From an uncultured Bifidobacteriaceae bacterium (GTDB lineage: Bacteria > Actinomycetota > Acidimicrobiia > IMCC26256 > JAENVU01), in NCBI GenBank assembly GCA_964544295.1, contig CAZJBJ010000002.1, positions 11,494 through 75,493 on the forward strand: 64,000 nt of DNA. Direction: 5' to 3'. Below, one piece after another: positions 55,750 to 64,000 of this stretch (its first letter is position 1; each line of letters opens with the position of its first letter). The translations under genes and the position numbers were made by a program. The notes beneath the pieces are model-generated. The model had not been told where the DNA came from, did not search any database, and worked only from the letters and a program-made list of their open reading frames with translations.

Positions 55750-56112
55750 TCAGTTCCGTGTGTTCGCGGCAGCTGCCGCGAAGATGATCACGTAGATCAC
55801 GACGACAGCCAGGCCGACTCCGAAGGAGACCCACGCCCACGTCTTGGCCTTGTTGGACGCGTCGCGCGCCCCGGCATAGTCACCCGCGGTGAGCTTCGAG
55901 TTCACCTGCGCGGCGAACACGATGGACACGATTCCGGCCGGCAGACAGCAGAACAAGGTGCACAGGATGGCCTGCACGAGATAGTTGGGGATCTGCGGCG
56001 CGGGCATGCCGTAGCCACCCGGATACACGCCACCGCCAGGCGGACCCGGAGGAGGCGGCGGACCCGGAGGAGGCGGCGGCGGAGGCGGGAGTGGGGGCGG
56101 TGGTTGCGTCAC
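55750..56112 (-). CDS. CD225/dispanin (IFITM-like) family membrane protein with a poly-proline N-terminus
   Basis: GTG at 56112 preceded by GAGGAGG. PPPPLPPPPPPPPGPPPPPGPPGG, then NYLVQAILCTLFCCLPAGIVSIVFAAQV...A.NKAK. Confidence 0.8.
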   Translation of the reverse strand: MTQPPPPLPPPPPPPPGPPPPPGPPGGGVYPGGYGMPAPQIPNYLVQAILCTLFCCLPAGIVSIVFAAQVNSKLTAGDYAGARDASNKAKTWAWVSFGVGLAVVVIYVIIFAAAAANTRN

Positions 56113-56141
56113 GGACGGATCCTCCTCGGTGGGACGAGCGC

Positions 56142-56615
56142 TCAGACCGGGCTGATTGCGTCGAAGGGCGGAATCGGCAGGTTGCGCAGCACCCAGTAGG
56201 CGAGCACCACCCCGGCGAGTACCCAGGTGGCGCGGGCGGAGAACTGCGGTGTCCGCCATCGGGGACCACCGAGCGCGCGGGTCAGCGCCGCGAACAGCCA
56301 CCAGGCTACGAGCGGCACGAAGACGAACGCGAGGGGGTTGTACCGGAACGCGCCCAGCGGATCACCCACGGCGAGGCGGTGAAGCATCCGCGTGGAGCCG
56401 CAGCCCGGACACGCGAGTCCTGTCGCGGCCCGGAAGGGACACAGGACCGGCCCGCCGGTGGGATCGACCAGACCCATGAGCGCGCAGGCCCCGATTCCGA
56501 TCGCACCTGCGAGCACCGGAGCGAGCACCGGTCGACGAACGAGGCTCGCCGACGGGGGTGACGTCGGCGGCCCGAGGGGCACCACGGCCGGTCCGCTCGC
56601 TTCGAGAATCGCCAC
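56142..56615 (-). CDS. DUF2752-domain membrane protein
   Basis: CPFRAATGLACPGCGSTR motif plus following TM segments. The start is uncertain (GTG at 56615 chosen). Confidence 0.7.
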   Translation of the reverse strand: MAILEASGPAVVPLGPPTSPPSASLVRRPVLAPVLAGAIGIGACALMGLVDPTGGPVLCPFRAATGLACPGCGSTRMLHRLAVGDPLGAFRYNPLAFVFVPLVAWWLFAALTRALGGPRWRTPQFSARATWVLAGVVLAYWVLRNLPIPPFDAISPV

Positions 56616-56728
56616 AAGGCAAGCGTAGGTCCGCGGGCCAGGCACGTCAGTGGATGGAGGAGGTCCGCGATCCTCCCGACCTGCACCGTTAGCGTCGTGC
56701 CGTTCGTTCGGACGATCGGAGTCTGCCC

Positions 56729-57505
56729 ATGTCCCAAACACCACCACCCCCTCCCCCACCCCCGATGCCTCCCGGCGGTATGCCGATCGGCGGTGGGAGT
56801 CAGCCGGCCGAAGGCAGCGCCGCGATCAAGTACGGCTGGGAGAAGTTCAAGGAGAACTGGAGCGACATCGTCGTCGCGCTGGTGATCGGCTTCGCCGCGA
56901 TCGTGGTACTCGCCGTCATCGGCTACTTCATCCGGTCGAGCCTGACGAGCGTGGATGAGTGCAAGGTCGACCTCAACAACGGGGTGCTCCGCACAAGCGG
57001 CTGCGGCGACAGTCCTGGGTTCTTCACCACGCTTCTCGCAACCGGAATTTTCCAGTTCCTCGTCTTCCTGGGATCGTCGGTTCTGCAGTTGTTCGTGATC
57101 CGGGCCACGCTGATGATCGTACGGGGTCAGAAACTCGAAGCATCGGCCGTGATGAAGACCGACAACCTCGCCAACTACATGATCGGCGCCATCCTCGTCG
57201 GCATCATGACCTTCGTCGGCTTCATCCTGTGCGTGCTGCCGGGGATCGCCGTCGCCTTCCTGACTGTGTTCTGGGGCTACTTCGTCGTCGACAAGAACAT
57301 GTCGCCGGTCGAGGCGATCACGGCGAGCTACAACCTGGTCAAGGACAATGCGGGTGCGGTGTTCGTATTCCTGCTCCTGAGTTGGGTCACGATCCTGGTG
57401 GGCGCGATCGCGTGCGGTGTCGGGCTCATCGTGGCCTGGCCGGTCGTGATCATCGCGACGGGCTACATGTACAAGCGACTGCAGGGCGAACCGGTCGCCG
57501 CGTAG
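56729..57505 (+). CDS. Polytopic membrane protein with a Pro-rich N-terminus (DUF975/GDPD-membrane-domain-like)
   Basis: MSQTPPPPPPPPMPPGG, then about 5 TM segments. The KYGWEKFKENW start of the domain resembles that family. Confidence 0.6.
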   Translation: MSQTPPPPPPPPMPPGGMPIGGGSQPAEGSAAIKYGWEKFKENWSDIVVALVIGFAAIVVLAVIGYFIRSSLTSVDECKVDLNNGVLRTSGCGDSPGFFTTLLATGIFQFLVFLGSSVLQLFVIRATLMIVRGQKLEASAVMKTDNLANYMIGAILVGIMTFVGFILCVLPGIAVAFLTVFWGYFVVDKNMSPVEAITASYNLVKDNAGAVFVFLLLSWVTILVGAIACGVGLIVAWPVVIIATGYMYKRLQGEPVAA

Positions 57506-57528
57506 CAAACCCACCTGGTCACTCGAGA

Positions 57529-57560
57529 GCAATCGGCCGTCCTTCGGGGCGGCCGATTGC
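57529..57560 (+). terminator. Hairpin GCAATCGGCCG-(10-nt loop)-CGGCCGATTGC followed by TGTGCT
   Basis: Perfect 11-bp stem located 24 nt after the stop at 57505. Confidence 0.5.
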
Positions 57561-57627
57561 TGTGCTCACCGCCGGTACGGCTCCGCGCATCCACGGCGGG
57601 GCCCCGTGCCGCTCCTAGCGTGACCGG

Positions 57628-58620
57628 ATGGACTACGAGCACCTCCGCCCGCTGGGAATCGGGGAAGTGCTCGACGCCGCCTTCCGGCTCTACCGGCGCC
57701 GCTTCGGGTCGCTCGTCGCCGCCATCAGCGTCGTGGTCATCCCCGCCGCGGCGCTACGACTGTTCGTCACCTTGTCGACGCCGACGACGACCACGCGGGT
57801 CCAGCAGTTCGGCAACACGAGTTTCCGCACGACCACCACGTCGGGCGGCGCCCAGCTCGCGATCTTCTTGATCGGCCTGTTGATCACCGCGCTCACGATC
57901 GCCCTCGGTCAGGGTGCTGCGATGCGAATACTGACCGACCACTATCTCGGCACCACGACAACGTGGATCGAGTCCCTGCGGTTTTCGGGGCGACGCCTCG
58001 GCTCACTGCTCTGGGTCGTGGTTCTCGGCGGTCTCTGCTGGATACTCGGCAGCGTCGCCTGCGTCATTCCGGGCATCTATCTCTACGTCGCGTTCGCCGT
58101 GAGCATCCCGGTGCGGTTGGTCGAGGACGTGCGCGGCGGCAAGGCACTGTCGCGATCACGCGCCTTGATCGGCACCCGCTGGTGGGCGACGTTCTGGACG
58201 TTGCTGGTGATCCTGCTCATCTCGACCACGTTGACGCTGATTGGAAACCTCCTCGTCGGCGGCAGCACATTGTTGGTGACGAACACCACGAGTTCGACCG
58301 CAACCCGTACTGCCCAAGCAGTCCTCTCGGGGGCGATCGAAGTGCTCATCACGCCGATCAGTGCCGCCGTCGCGGTCATCATCTACTTCGACCTTCGGGT
58401 ACGCAAGGAGGGCTTCGACGTTGCGCTCCTGATCCAGCGCCTCGGTGTCGTGCCCGCATCTTCCCCGCCGAACCACGCCGCGACGTTGCTCCCGGGGGCG
58501 ACGGTGGCTCCGCGGGCGGCGGGCACGCCACCGACGACCTCGACGCCGCCGACGTCACCGTGGGCCGGGGTCGACGACCCGCCCCCGCCCACACCATCGG
58601 CGGGCGCGCCTCCGACATGA
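57628..58620 (+). CDS. Polytopic membrane protein with a Pro/Thr-rich C-terminus (first gene of the MoxR module)
   Basis: About 6 TM segments, YFDLRVRKEGFD motif, C-terminal PPTTSTPPTSPWAGVDDPPPPTP. Confidence 0.6.
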   Translation: MDYEHLRPLGIGEVLDAAFRLYRRRFGSLVAAISVVVIPAAALRLFVTLSTPTTTTRVQQFGNTSFRTTTTSGGAQLAIFLIGLLITALTIALGQGAAMRILTDHYLGTTTTWIESLRFSGRRLGSLLWVVVLGGLCWILGSVACVIPGIYLYVAFAVSIPVRLVEDVRGGKALSRSRALIGTRWWATFWTLLVILLISTTLTLIGNLLVGGSTLLVTNTTSSTATRTAQAVLSGAIEVLITPISAAVAVIIYFDLRVRKEGFDVALLIQRLGVVPASSPPNHAATLLPGATVAPRAAGTPPTTSTPPTSPWAGVDDPPPPTPSAGAPPT

Positions 58621-59249
58621 TGCGACCGATCGATGTCGATCCGGCTGCCGCGCGAGATTCGGCGCGGTCGATCCTGCGGAGCCGCGAGTTTCGGCCTGAG
58701 CAACCACCGAAGCCGTTGGAGAGCCCACTGCGCTGGCTCGGCGATCGGCTCAACGGTGTCGCCGACTGGATCGGCCGGACCATCGGCGACTTCTTTCGAT
58801 GGCTCTTCGATTTCCTCCCTGGCATCTGGGGAACGATCGTCGGGATCGTCATCCTGGTCGGGCTGGTTGCAGCCGTCGCCGGGTTGCTGAGTCGCGCTGC
58901 CCACGGGCGGCGAGGGCTGGATCCCACCGACCGCGACGAGGCATCGGTCGGGGACCCCGACGAGTTGGATGCGGCCGCCGACGCCGCGGCGAGCTCCGGC
59001 AACTACTCCCGGGCCGTGCGGCTGCGCTACCGCGCTGGGCTCATTCGTCTGGATCGCGCCTCGGTCATCGACCTGCGACCGTGGAACACGAGTGCGACCC
59101 TCGCTCGTCGCGTCGGGTCCCCGCGCTTCGATCGCATCACCGAGACGTTCGATGCCGTCACCTACGGAGGTGCGCCGGCGACGAACGAGACGGATTCGTC
59201 GGCCCGCACCGAATGGCCCGCACTGCTCGCCGAGGTCGACCCACGATGA
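58617..59249 (+). CDS. DUF4129-domain protein
   Basis: ATGA overlap with the upstream gene. N-terminal REF..EQPPKP, one TM segment, then C-terminal RLRYRAGLIRLD.......RPW.T..T...V....F. Confidence 0.65.
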   Translation: MMRPIDVDPAAARDSARSILRSREFRPEQPPKPLESPLRWLGDRLNGVADWIGRTIGDFFRWLFDFLPGIWGTIVGIVILVGLVAAVAGLLSRAAHGRRGLDPTDRDEASVGDPDELDAAADAAASSGNYSRAVRLRYRAGLIRLDRASVIDLRPWNTSATLARRVGSPRFDRITETFDAVTYGGAPATNETDSSARTEWPALLAEVDPR

Positions 59250-60328
59250 ACCCCGCGTCGTCACGCTGGCGTCGACTTCCCCGCGGTGTGCAGGCCGCCG
59301 CCGTCGTGGGCATCGTGTTCGTCGTACTCGTGGTTGCCGTCAGCGTCGTAGATCGGGCGACTCGGGGCCGCCAGGAGTCGTCCTTCGACACCCAAGGGTC
59401 GACCCGGTCGACCGCGCGCAACGGCACGAAGGCGTACCGGATCCTGCTGGACCAGTTGGGCGCAGGAACTTCGCAACTCGGACGTCGCCCGCACGCGGGG
59501 CTCGACTCGTCGGCGACGCTGATGATCCTCGACAACTGGTTCCCGTCCGACGCCGACCGCCGAGCCGTGTCGGCCTTCGCGGACCGCGGTGGGCGGGTGG
59601 TGATCGGAGGACTGGGGGCCGCCGACTGGCTCTCGCAGGACCGACCGAGCCCGGTGCGTGGATCACCGCGTTCCGTCACCACCGAACTCGGGCAACGATT
59701 CGAGATCGAGACCGCCGGCACCTCGCGGTGGCGCAGCTCCGGGGGGCCGGAGCTCACCGCGGTGCGCAAGGTCGGAGACGGTGTTGTCGTCCTCATCGCC
59801 GACAGCTCCCTGCTCGAGAACGAGCTCCTGGGCAAGCGCGACAACGCCGCATTCGGTCTCGCCCTGGCCCGGACGGACCGTCGGGTGATCTTCCTGGATC
59901 AGCGTGCCGCCGCCACCCGAGCCACCGGGTGGTCCGCGGTGCCCGAGGGTTGGAAGATCGCGATCCTGGGCGGGGCGCTCTCGTGGTTGCTCACGGCGAT
60001 CGCGCTCGGGCACCGGATCGGTTCGGCCGAGGACCAGCATCGGGAGCTCAACCCTCCCCGCGGTGCCACTGCCGAAGTGCTCGCGGCCGGGCTCCAACGC
60101 AGTCGTCAACCGGCGGAGGCGCTCGACGAGCTCAGGCGAACCGCTCGCCGCCATGTGATCCACGAGGCGCGCCTCGAACCCGACGCGGACCCCGCCCTGG
60201 TCATCGACGCTGCCATCGCATCGGGGTGGAGCGTCGCGGAAGCGCGCGCCCTCGTCGACCGACCGTCGGACCGTGACTCCGTGCTGGCCCTCGGTCGCGC
60301 CTTTTCCCGCACCCAGAGAGGAACCTGA
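59246..60328 (+). CDS. DUF4350-domain protein
   Basis: ATGA overlap. N-terminal TM segment, GTKAYRILLDQLG, a second TM segment near residue 240. Confidence 0.6.
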   Translation: MNPASSRWRRLPRGVQAAAVVGIVFVVLVVAVSVVDRATRGRQESSFDTQGSTRSTARNGTKAYRILLDQLGAGTSQLGRRPHAGLDSSATLMILDNWFPSDADRRAVSAFADRGGRVVIGGLGAADWLSQDRPSPVRGSPRSVTTELGQRFEIETAGTSRWRSSGGPELTAVRKVGDGVVVLIADSSLLENELLGKRDNAAFGLALARTDRRVIFLDQRAAATRATGWSAVPEGWKIAILGGALSWLLTAIALGHRIGSAEDQHRELNPPRGATAEVLAAGLQRSRQPAEALDELRRTARRHVIHEARLEPDADPALVIDAAIASGWSVAEARALVDRPSDRDSVLALGRAFSRTQRGT

Positions 60329-61257
60329 TGAGAGAGCTTCGCAATCGTCTGCTGTCCGAGATCCGCAAGGTCGTGGTCGGCCAGGACGAGACCGCCGACT
60401 TCGTGCTCGCCGCGATCTCGGTCCAAGGCCATGTGTTGCTGGAAGGGGTACCCGGCGTGGCGAAGTCGCTTCTCGCGAGCACGGTGGCGCGGGCGCTCGG
60501 CGTGTCGTTCCGACGAGTGCAGTTCACGCCCGACATGCTCCCGTCGGACCTGACCGGAACGATGACCCTGCGCGGCCAAGAGTTCGCGTTTCGACCGGGT
60601 CCGGTCTTCACCAACGTCATGCTGGCGGACGAGATCAACCGCACGCCCCCCAAGGCACAGGCAGCCCTGCTCGAGGCCATGCAAGAGCGCAGCGTGTCGG
60701 TCGACGGGGTGTCACACCCACTCCCGGATCCATTCCTCGTGCTCGCGACTCAGAATCCGATCGAATACGAGGGCACCTACCCGCTTCCCGAAGCGCAGTT
60801 GGACCGGTTCCTGCTCAAGGTCGACGTCGGCTATCCGCAACCGGCCGACGAGCTGGCGATGCTGAAGATCGCGCATCACGGTGTATCACCGGCCACTCTC
60901 GATGACGTCACGGTGGTGACGTCCGCCGACGAACTGCGGGACCTGCGCGCCACGGTCGACGCGACGCGCGTGACGGACGACGTCTTGGGCTACATCGCCC
61001 AGCTCGGTCTCGCGACGCGTGCCCTCCCGAGCGTCGCGCTCGGCGCGAGTCCCCGGTCGATCATGCACCTCCTCGCGGCCAGCAAGGCATCCGCACGAAT
61101 GGCCGGTCGGGACTTCGTCACTCCCGACGACGTCGCGTGGATGGCCTCGCCCGTCTGGCGACACCGGATCCAGCTGCGCCCGGAGGCCGAGCTGGAGCGG
61201 AGCACCAGCGACGACGCGATACGCGCCGCGCTCGCCACGGTGCCCGTGCCCCGATAG
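60328..61257 (+). CDS. MoxR-family AAA+ ATPase
   Basis: The ATG overlaps the upstream stop (TGATG). LLEGVPGVAKS (Walker A), MLADEINRTPPK (Walker B), ATQNPIE.EGTYPLPEAQLDRF. Confidence 0.92.
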   Translation: MRELRNRLLSEIRKVVVGQDETADFVLAAISVQGHVLLEGVPGVAKSLLASTVARALGVSFRRVQFTPDMLPSDLTGTMTLRGQEFAFRPGPVFTNVMLADEINRTPPKAQAALLEAMQERSVSVDGVSHPLPDPFLVLATQNPIEYEGTYPLPEAQLDRFLLKVDVGYPQPADELAMLKIAHHGVSPATLDDVTVVTSADELRDLRATVDATRVTDDVLGYIAQLGLATRALPSVALGASPRSIMHLLAASKASARMAGRDFVTPDDVAWMASPVWRHRIQLRPEAELERSTSDDAIRAALATVPVPR

Positions 61258-61259
61258 CT

Positions 61260-62570
61260 ATGGCCATCGTCCTCTTGGTCGTTGCGTGCGTCGCGGGAGC
61301 CACCATCGGGCTCGGCGCGTCACCGCTGATGGTCACGCCGCGGGCAGGGCTCGTCGCCGTCGCGCTCACCGTCGCGGCGATCGCCCTCCCGACGTCGATC
61401 GTCGCCGGCGGGGCGCTCGTGTTGGGCGGTGCATGCGTGGCCGATGCCTTCCTCGCCCGGCACCGCCCGCGGCTGACGAGGACCCTGCCACCGCTCCTCG
61501 TGCGCGGCCTCCCGGCCGCTCTGACCGTCCAGGCCGCTCCGAGCGTCGGCGTGGTTCGCATGCGTCAGCCGCGCGCCGCCGAGGTCCGGGTCGATCCGCC
61601 CGAGGCGGATACTCGACTCGAGGCTCACCTGATTGCCGCGCGACGCGGCCGTCACCAGCTCCGCCCGGTCGCGACCCGTCATACCGGCCCGCTCGGCCTT
61701 GCCGCCTGGTACCACCAGAAGGGGCCGAACGAAGAAGTCGTCGTCTACCCGGATGTCCCCCAGGCCCGGCGCATCGCGACCGAGGTGAGGCGGGGCCGCT
61801 TCCGAGACTCGGGCGAACTCACGCGAGGACCGCTCGGACTCGGATCCGACTTCGAGTCGATTCGTGACTACCTCCCCGACGACGACATCCGCCAGGTGAA
61901 CTGGGCGGCGACCCAGCGTCAGGGGCGCCCGATGAGCAACCAGTACCGGGTCGAGCAGGACCGTACGGTGATCGGTCTCGTCGACAGCGGACGGCTGATG
62001 GCCGCACCCATCGGCGATCGCACCCGGCTCGACGCGGCGCTCGACGCCCTGACCGCGATCGCCTTCGTGGCCGACGAACTCGGCGACCGCGTCGGCGTGA
62101 TCGCTTTCGCCGAGTCCATCCGCGTCAAGGTCGCACCCCAACGCCGTGGCGCGGACGCGATCGTGCGCTCGATCTTCGATCTGGAGCCGACCGAGACCGA
62201 CGCGGCATATGACCTCGCATTTCGGACCGTCGGAGGTGGCAAGCGGTCGCTCGTCGTCTTCTTCACTGACTTACTCGACGGTGCGGCCGCCGCGGAGCTG
62301 CTCCAGTCCCTCCCCGTGTTGCGTCGGCGTCACGTCGTGGTCGTCGCCAGCGTCGTCGATCCCGATCTGGACCTGCTCCGGCGCGCGGAACCCGAGACGG
62401 TGGCCGACGTGTACCGCGCCGCAGCGGCGGTCGACCTGCTCGGCAATCGCGCGTCGGTCATCGGACAGTTGGAACATGCCGGTGCCGTGGTCGTCGAGGC
62501 GCCCGTGCAACAGCTCAGCGAAGCGTGTGTGCGCGCGTACCTCAGAGAGAAGCGGCGCTCACGGTTGTGA
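61260..62570 (+). CDS. DUF58 (VWA-like) protein with an N-terminal membrane anchor
   Basis: G.DF...R.Y.P.DD.R.VNW.ATQR.GRPM..QY..E motif. Starts 3 nt after the moxR stop. Confidence 0.85.
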   Translation: MAIVLLVVACVAGATIGLGASPLMVTPRAGLVAVALTVAAIALPTSIVAGGALVLGGACVADAFLARHRPRLTRTLPPLLVRGLPAALTVQAAPSVGVVRMRQPRAAEVRVDPPEADTRLEAHLIAARRGRHQLRPVATRHTGPLGLAAWYHQKGPNEEVVVYPDVPQARRIATEVRRGRFRDSGELTRGPLGLGSDFESIRDYLPDDDIRQVNWAATQRQGRPMSNQYRVEQDRTVIGLVDSGRLMAAPIGDRTRLDAALDALTAIAFVADELGDRVGVIAFAESIRVKVAPQRRGADAIVRSIFDLEPTETDAAYDLAFRTVGGGKRSLVVFFTDLLDGAAAAELLQSLPVLRRRHVVVVASVVDPDLDLLRRAEPETVADVYRAAAAVDLLGNRASVIGQLEHAGAVVVEAPVQQLSEACVRAYLREKRRSRL

Positions 62571-63555
62571 GCCGGGGCCGTGCCACTTCGATCGGCGCGT
62601 CGGGGTCGTCAGTCGCGGATTCCGGGCGGCCACGGAAGAACACCAGCGACCAGAACCCGCCGCCGAGTATGACCCCGACCGCGATGGCCGGCACGAGCCC
62701 GATCCCTGACGTCGACAGCGAGCCTTCGACAATGCCGCAACCGGTCAGGACGATCGCGGTCCCGATGATCATCTCGATCGCACCGATCGCCTCGGCGCGA
62801 AAGGCGCTGGCACGAGTCCGGTAGCCCGGCGCGACCAACGCCCAACCGAGGCGCATCCCGGCCGCGCCCGCGACGATGATGCAGCTGAGTTCGAGGATCC
62901 CGTGCGGGAAGACGAACTCGAACAGCGGCTCGCCGTTCCCCACATGGATCGCGAGCCCGAACGTCGCACCGAGCGCGACGCCTTGGTAGCCCAGGAAGGC
63001 CAGCGCCCCCACACCCCCGATCACGCCCAGACCGAAGGCGACGAAGGTCACCTGGATGTTGTTGGTGAAGATCTGGGAGGAGACGGCGGCCTTCTCATCC
63101 GCGCTCAGGCCGAAATCAGCGCGGTCACGCGACGTGACCGATTCGGCGCCGCCGGGTACCAGACCTCGTGCCTTCGCCGGCTCGCGGGTTGCCCACACCG
63201 CGGAGAGCACGAAGGGAACCATGAGGAACAGGAAGGCGACGAGCAGGAGACGCGGCCGCTCGCGGATTCGACGCCAGTAGCCCGTCGTCAGGAAGTGGAC
63301 CACGCGCGGGCGGCTGCGATCGAGGCCGGCGAGGCGCTGTCGGGCGGCGACCACTCGGCGCTCCAGCGCGACGCCCACCGGGTCTCCGGGGAACCGTCGC
63401 CGCGCGATCGCGAGGTCGGCGGTCGTCGACCGGTACAGCTCCGAGAGCCGCCGAATCGCCCCCGGATCACGCCGAATCGCGCGGCCACGGTCGATGATCG
63501 AGTCGAGCTCGGACCAGCGAGCAGCACGATCGGCGATGAAGAGCTCTCGATCCAC
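62542..63555 (-). CDS. Stage II sporulation protein M-like (SpoIIM/DUF95) polytopic membrane protein
   Basis: IFTNNIQV, FPHGILELS..IVAGAAG motifs. GTG at 63555. The 3' end overlaps the DUF58 3' end by 29 nt (convergent). Confidence 0.75.
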   Translation of the reverse strand: MDRELFIADRAARWSELDSIIDRGRAIRRDPGAIRRLSELYRSTTADLAIARRRFPGDPVGVALERRVVAARQRLAGLDRSRPRVVHFLTTGYWRRIRERPRLLLVAFLFLMVPFVLSAVWATREPAKARGLVPGGAESVTSRDRADFGLSADEKAAVSSQIFTNNIQVTFVAFGLGVIGGVGALAFLGYQGVALGATFGLAIHVGNGEPLFEFVFPHGILELSCIIVAGAAGMRLGWALVAPGYRTRASAFRAEAIGAIEMIIGTAIVLTGCGIVEGSLSTSGIGLVPAIAVGVILGGGFWSLVFFRGRPESATDDPDAPIEVARPRLTTVSAASL

Positions 63556-63579
63556 ACGGAGATTGTCTACCGTTTCGAC

Positions 63580-64000
63580 GTGGAATTGGATGACCGGCTC
63601 AAGATTGTGACTCCGGAGGGGGTTGCGATCGAGCTGATCGTCGCCGGAATCGGCTCTCGATTCATTGCCGGGATGCTCGATATCACGATCCAGATGCTCG
63701 CACTCATGGCCATCGGGCAGGCCGTGACCTTCGGGTTGCAGGACGGGTTCGCCGCGGCGGTCGCCATCGTCACCTTCTTCCTCGTGCTCTTCGCCTATCC
63801 CATCCTGTTCGAAGTCCTGAACCAGGGACGTACACCAGGCAAACTGGCAGTCGGGATCCGGGTCGTCCGCATCGATGGGAGCCCCATTCGCGCCACCGGC
63901 AGCGTGCTGCGCAACGTCCTCCGGCTCATCGACGGGTGGATCGTGATCACGTTCTTTCTGTTCCCAGTCGGGTTCATCACCGCGTTCGTGACCAAACACG
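63580..64000 (+). CDS. RDD-family membrane protein (3' end outside the window)
   Basis: Not in the ORF track because no stop is reached. My translation from the GTG at 63580: VELDDRLKIVTPEGVAIELIVAGIGSRFIAGMLDITIQ...NQGRTPGKLAVGIRVVRIDG, which matches RDD domain features. Confidence 0.7.
   Translation, partial: MELDDRLKIVTPEGVAIELIVAGIGSRFIAGMLDITIQMLALMAIGQAVTFGLQDGFAAAVAIVTFFLVLFAYPILFEVLNQGRTPGKLAVGIRVVRIDGSPIRATGSVLRNVLRLIDGWIVITFFLFPVGFITAFVTKH

Overview
By eye this is a very GC-rich actinobacterial chromosomal segment. It carries a WhiB regulator, a paired ArsA/Get3-like ATPase locus, ask-asd and a MoxR/DUF58 cluster, an arrangement that resembles, from memory, the mycobacterial Rv3679-Rv3709 region. 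I support about 70 protein genes and one tRNA-Pro(CGG). I saw no rRNA, CRISPR array, transposase or integrase.

Main blocks:
- 1-4.7 kb: a TetR-containing operon with a haloalkane dehalogenase.
- 6.4-9.5 kb: a translationally coupled selA-selB pair. No selC, selD or selenoprotein gene is visible in the window.
- 9.5-13.9 kb: whiB, an NfeD-type membrane protein, two ArsA-like ATPases and a receiver-only response regulator.
- 14-24.8 kb, downstream of the tRNA: small accessory genes, including methyltransferases, GNATs, ArsR-SRPBCC, mazEF and an in-frame P-loop kinase::SRPBCC fusion.
- 24.9-27.4 kb: an amino-acid ABC transporter.
- 29.1-31.4 kb: a secreted GlxA/galactose-oxidase-like copper oxidase with five C-terminal repeats of about 47 aa.
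- 31.5-33.8 kb: asd-ask.
- 37.8-55.6 kb: scattered ethylmalonyl-CoA pathway genes (hbd, ecm/meaA, pccB/E, mce, ccr, thiolase).
- 55.7-64 kb: a membrane-protein neighbourhood (CD225, DUF2752 and two Pro-rich polytopic proteins) followed by a DUF4129-DUF4350-MoxR-DUF58 / SpoIIM-like / RDD module of unknown function.

The most unusual non-genic signals are two. One is a 62-bp, three-copy tandem repeat that re-duplicates the 3' end of the thiolase gene. The other is a 200-bp intergenic cluster of GTCCCCA/TGGGGAC and DnaA-box-like motifs with exact 21-bp phasing.

All functional calls come from reading the translated ORFs by eye. No database search was run.
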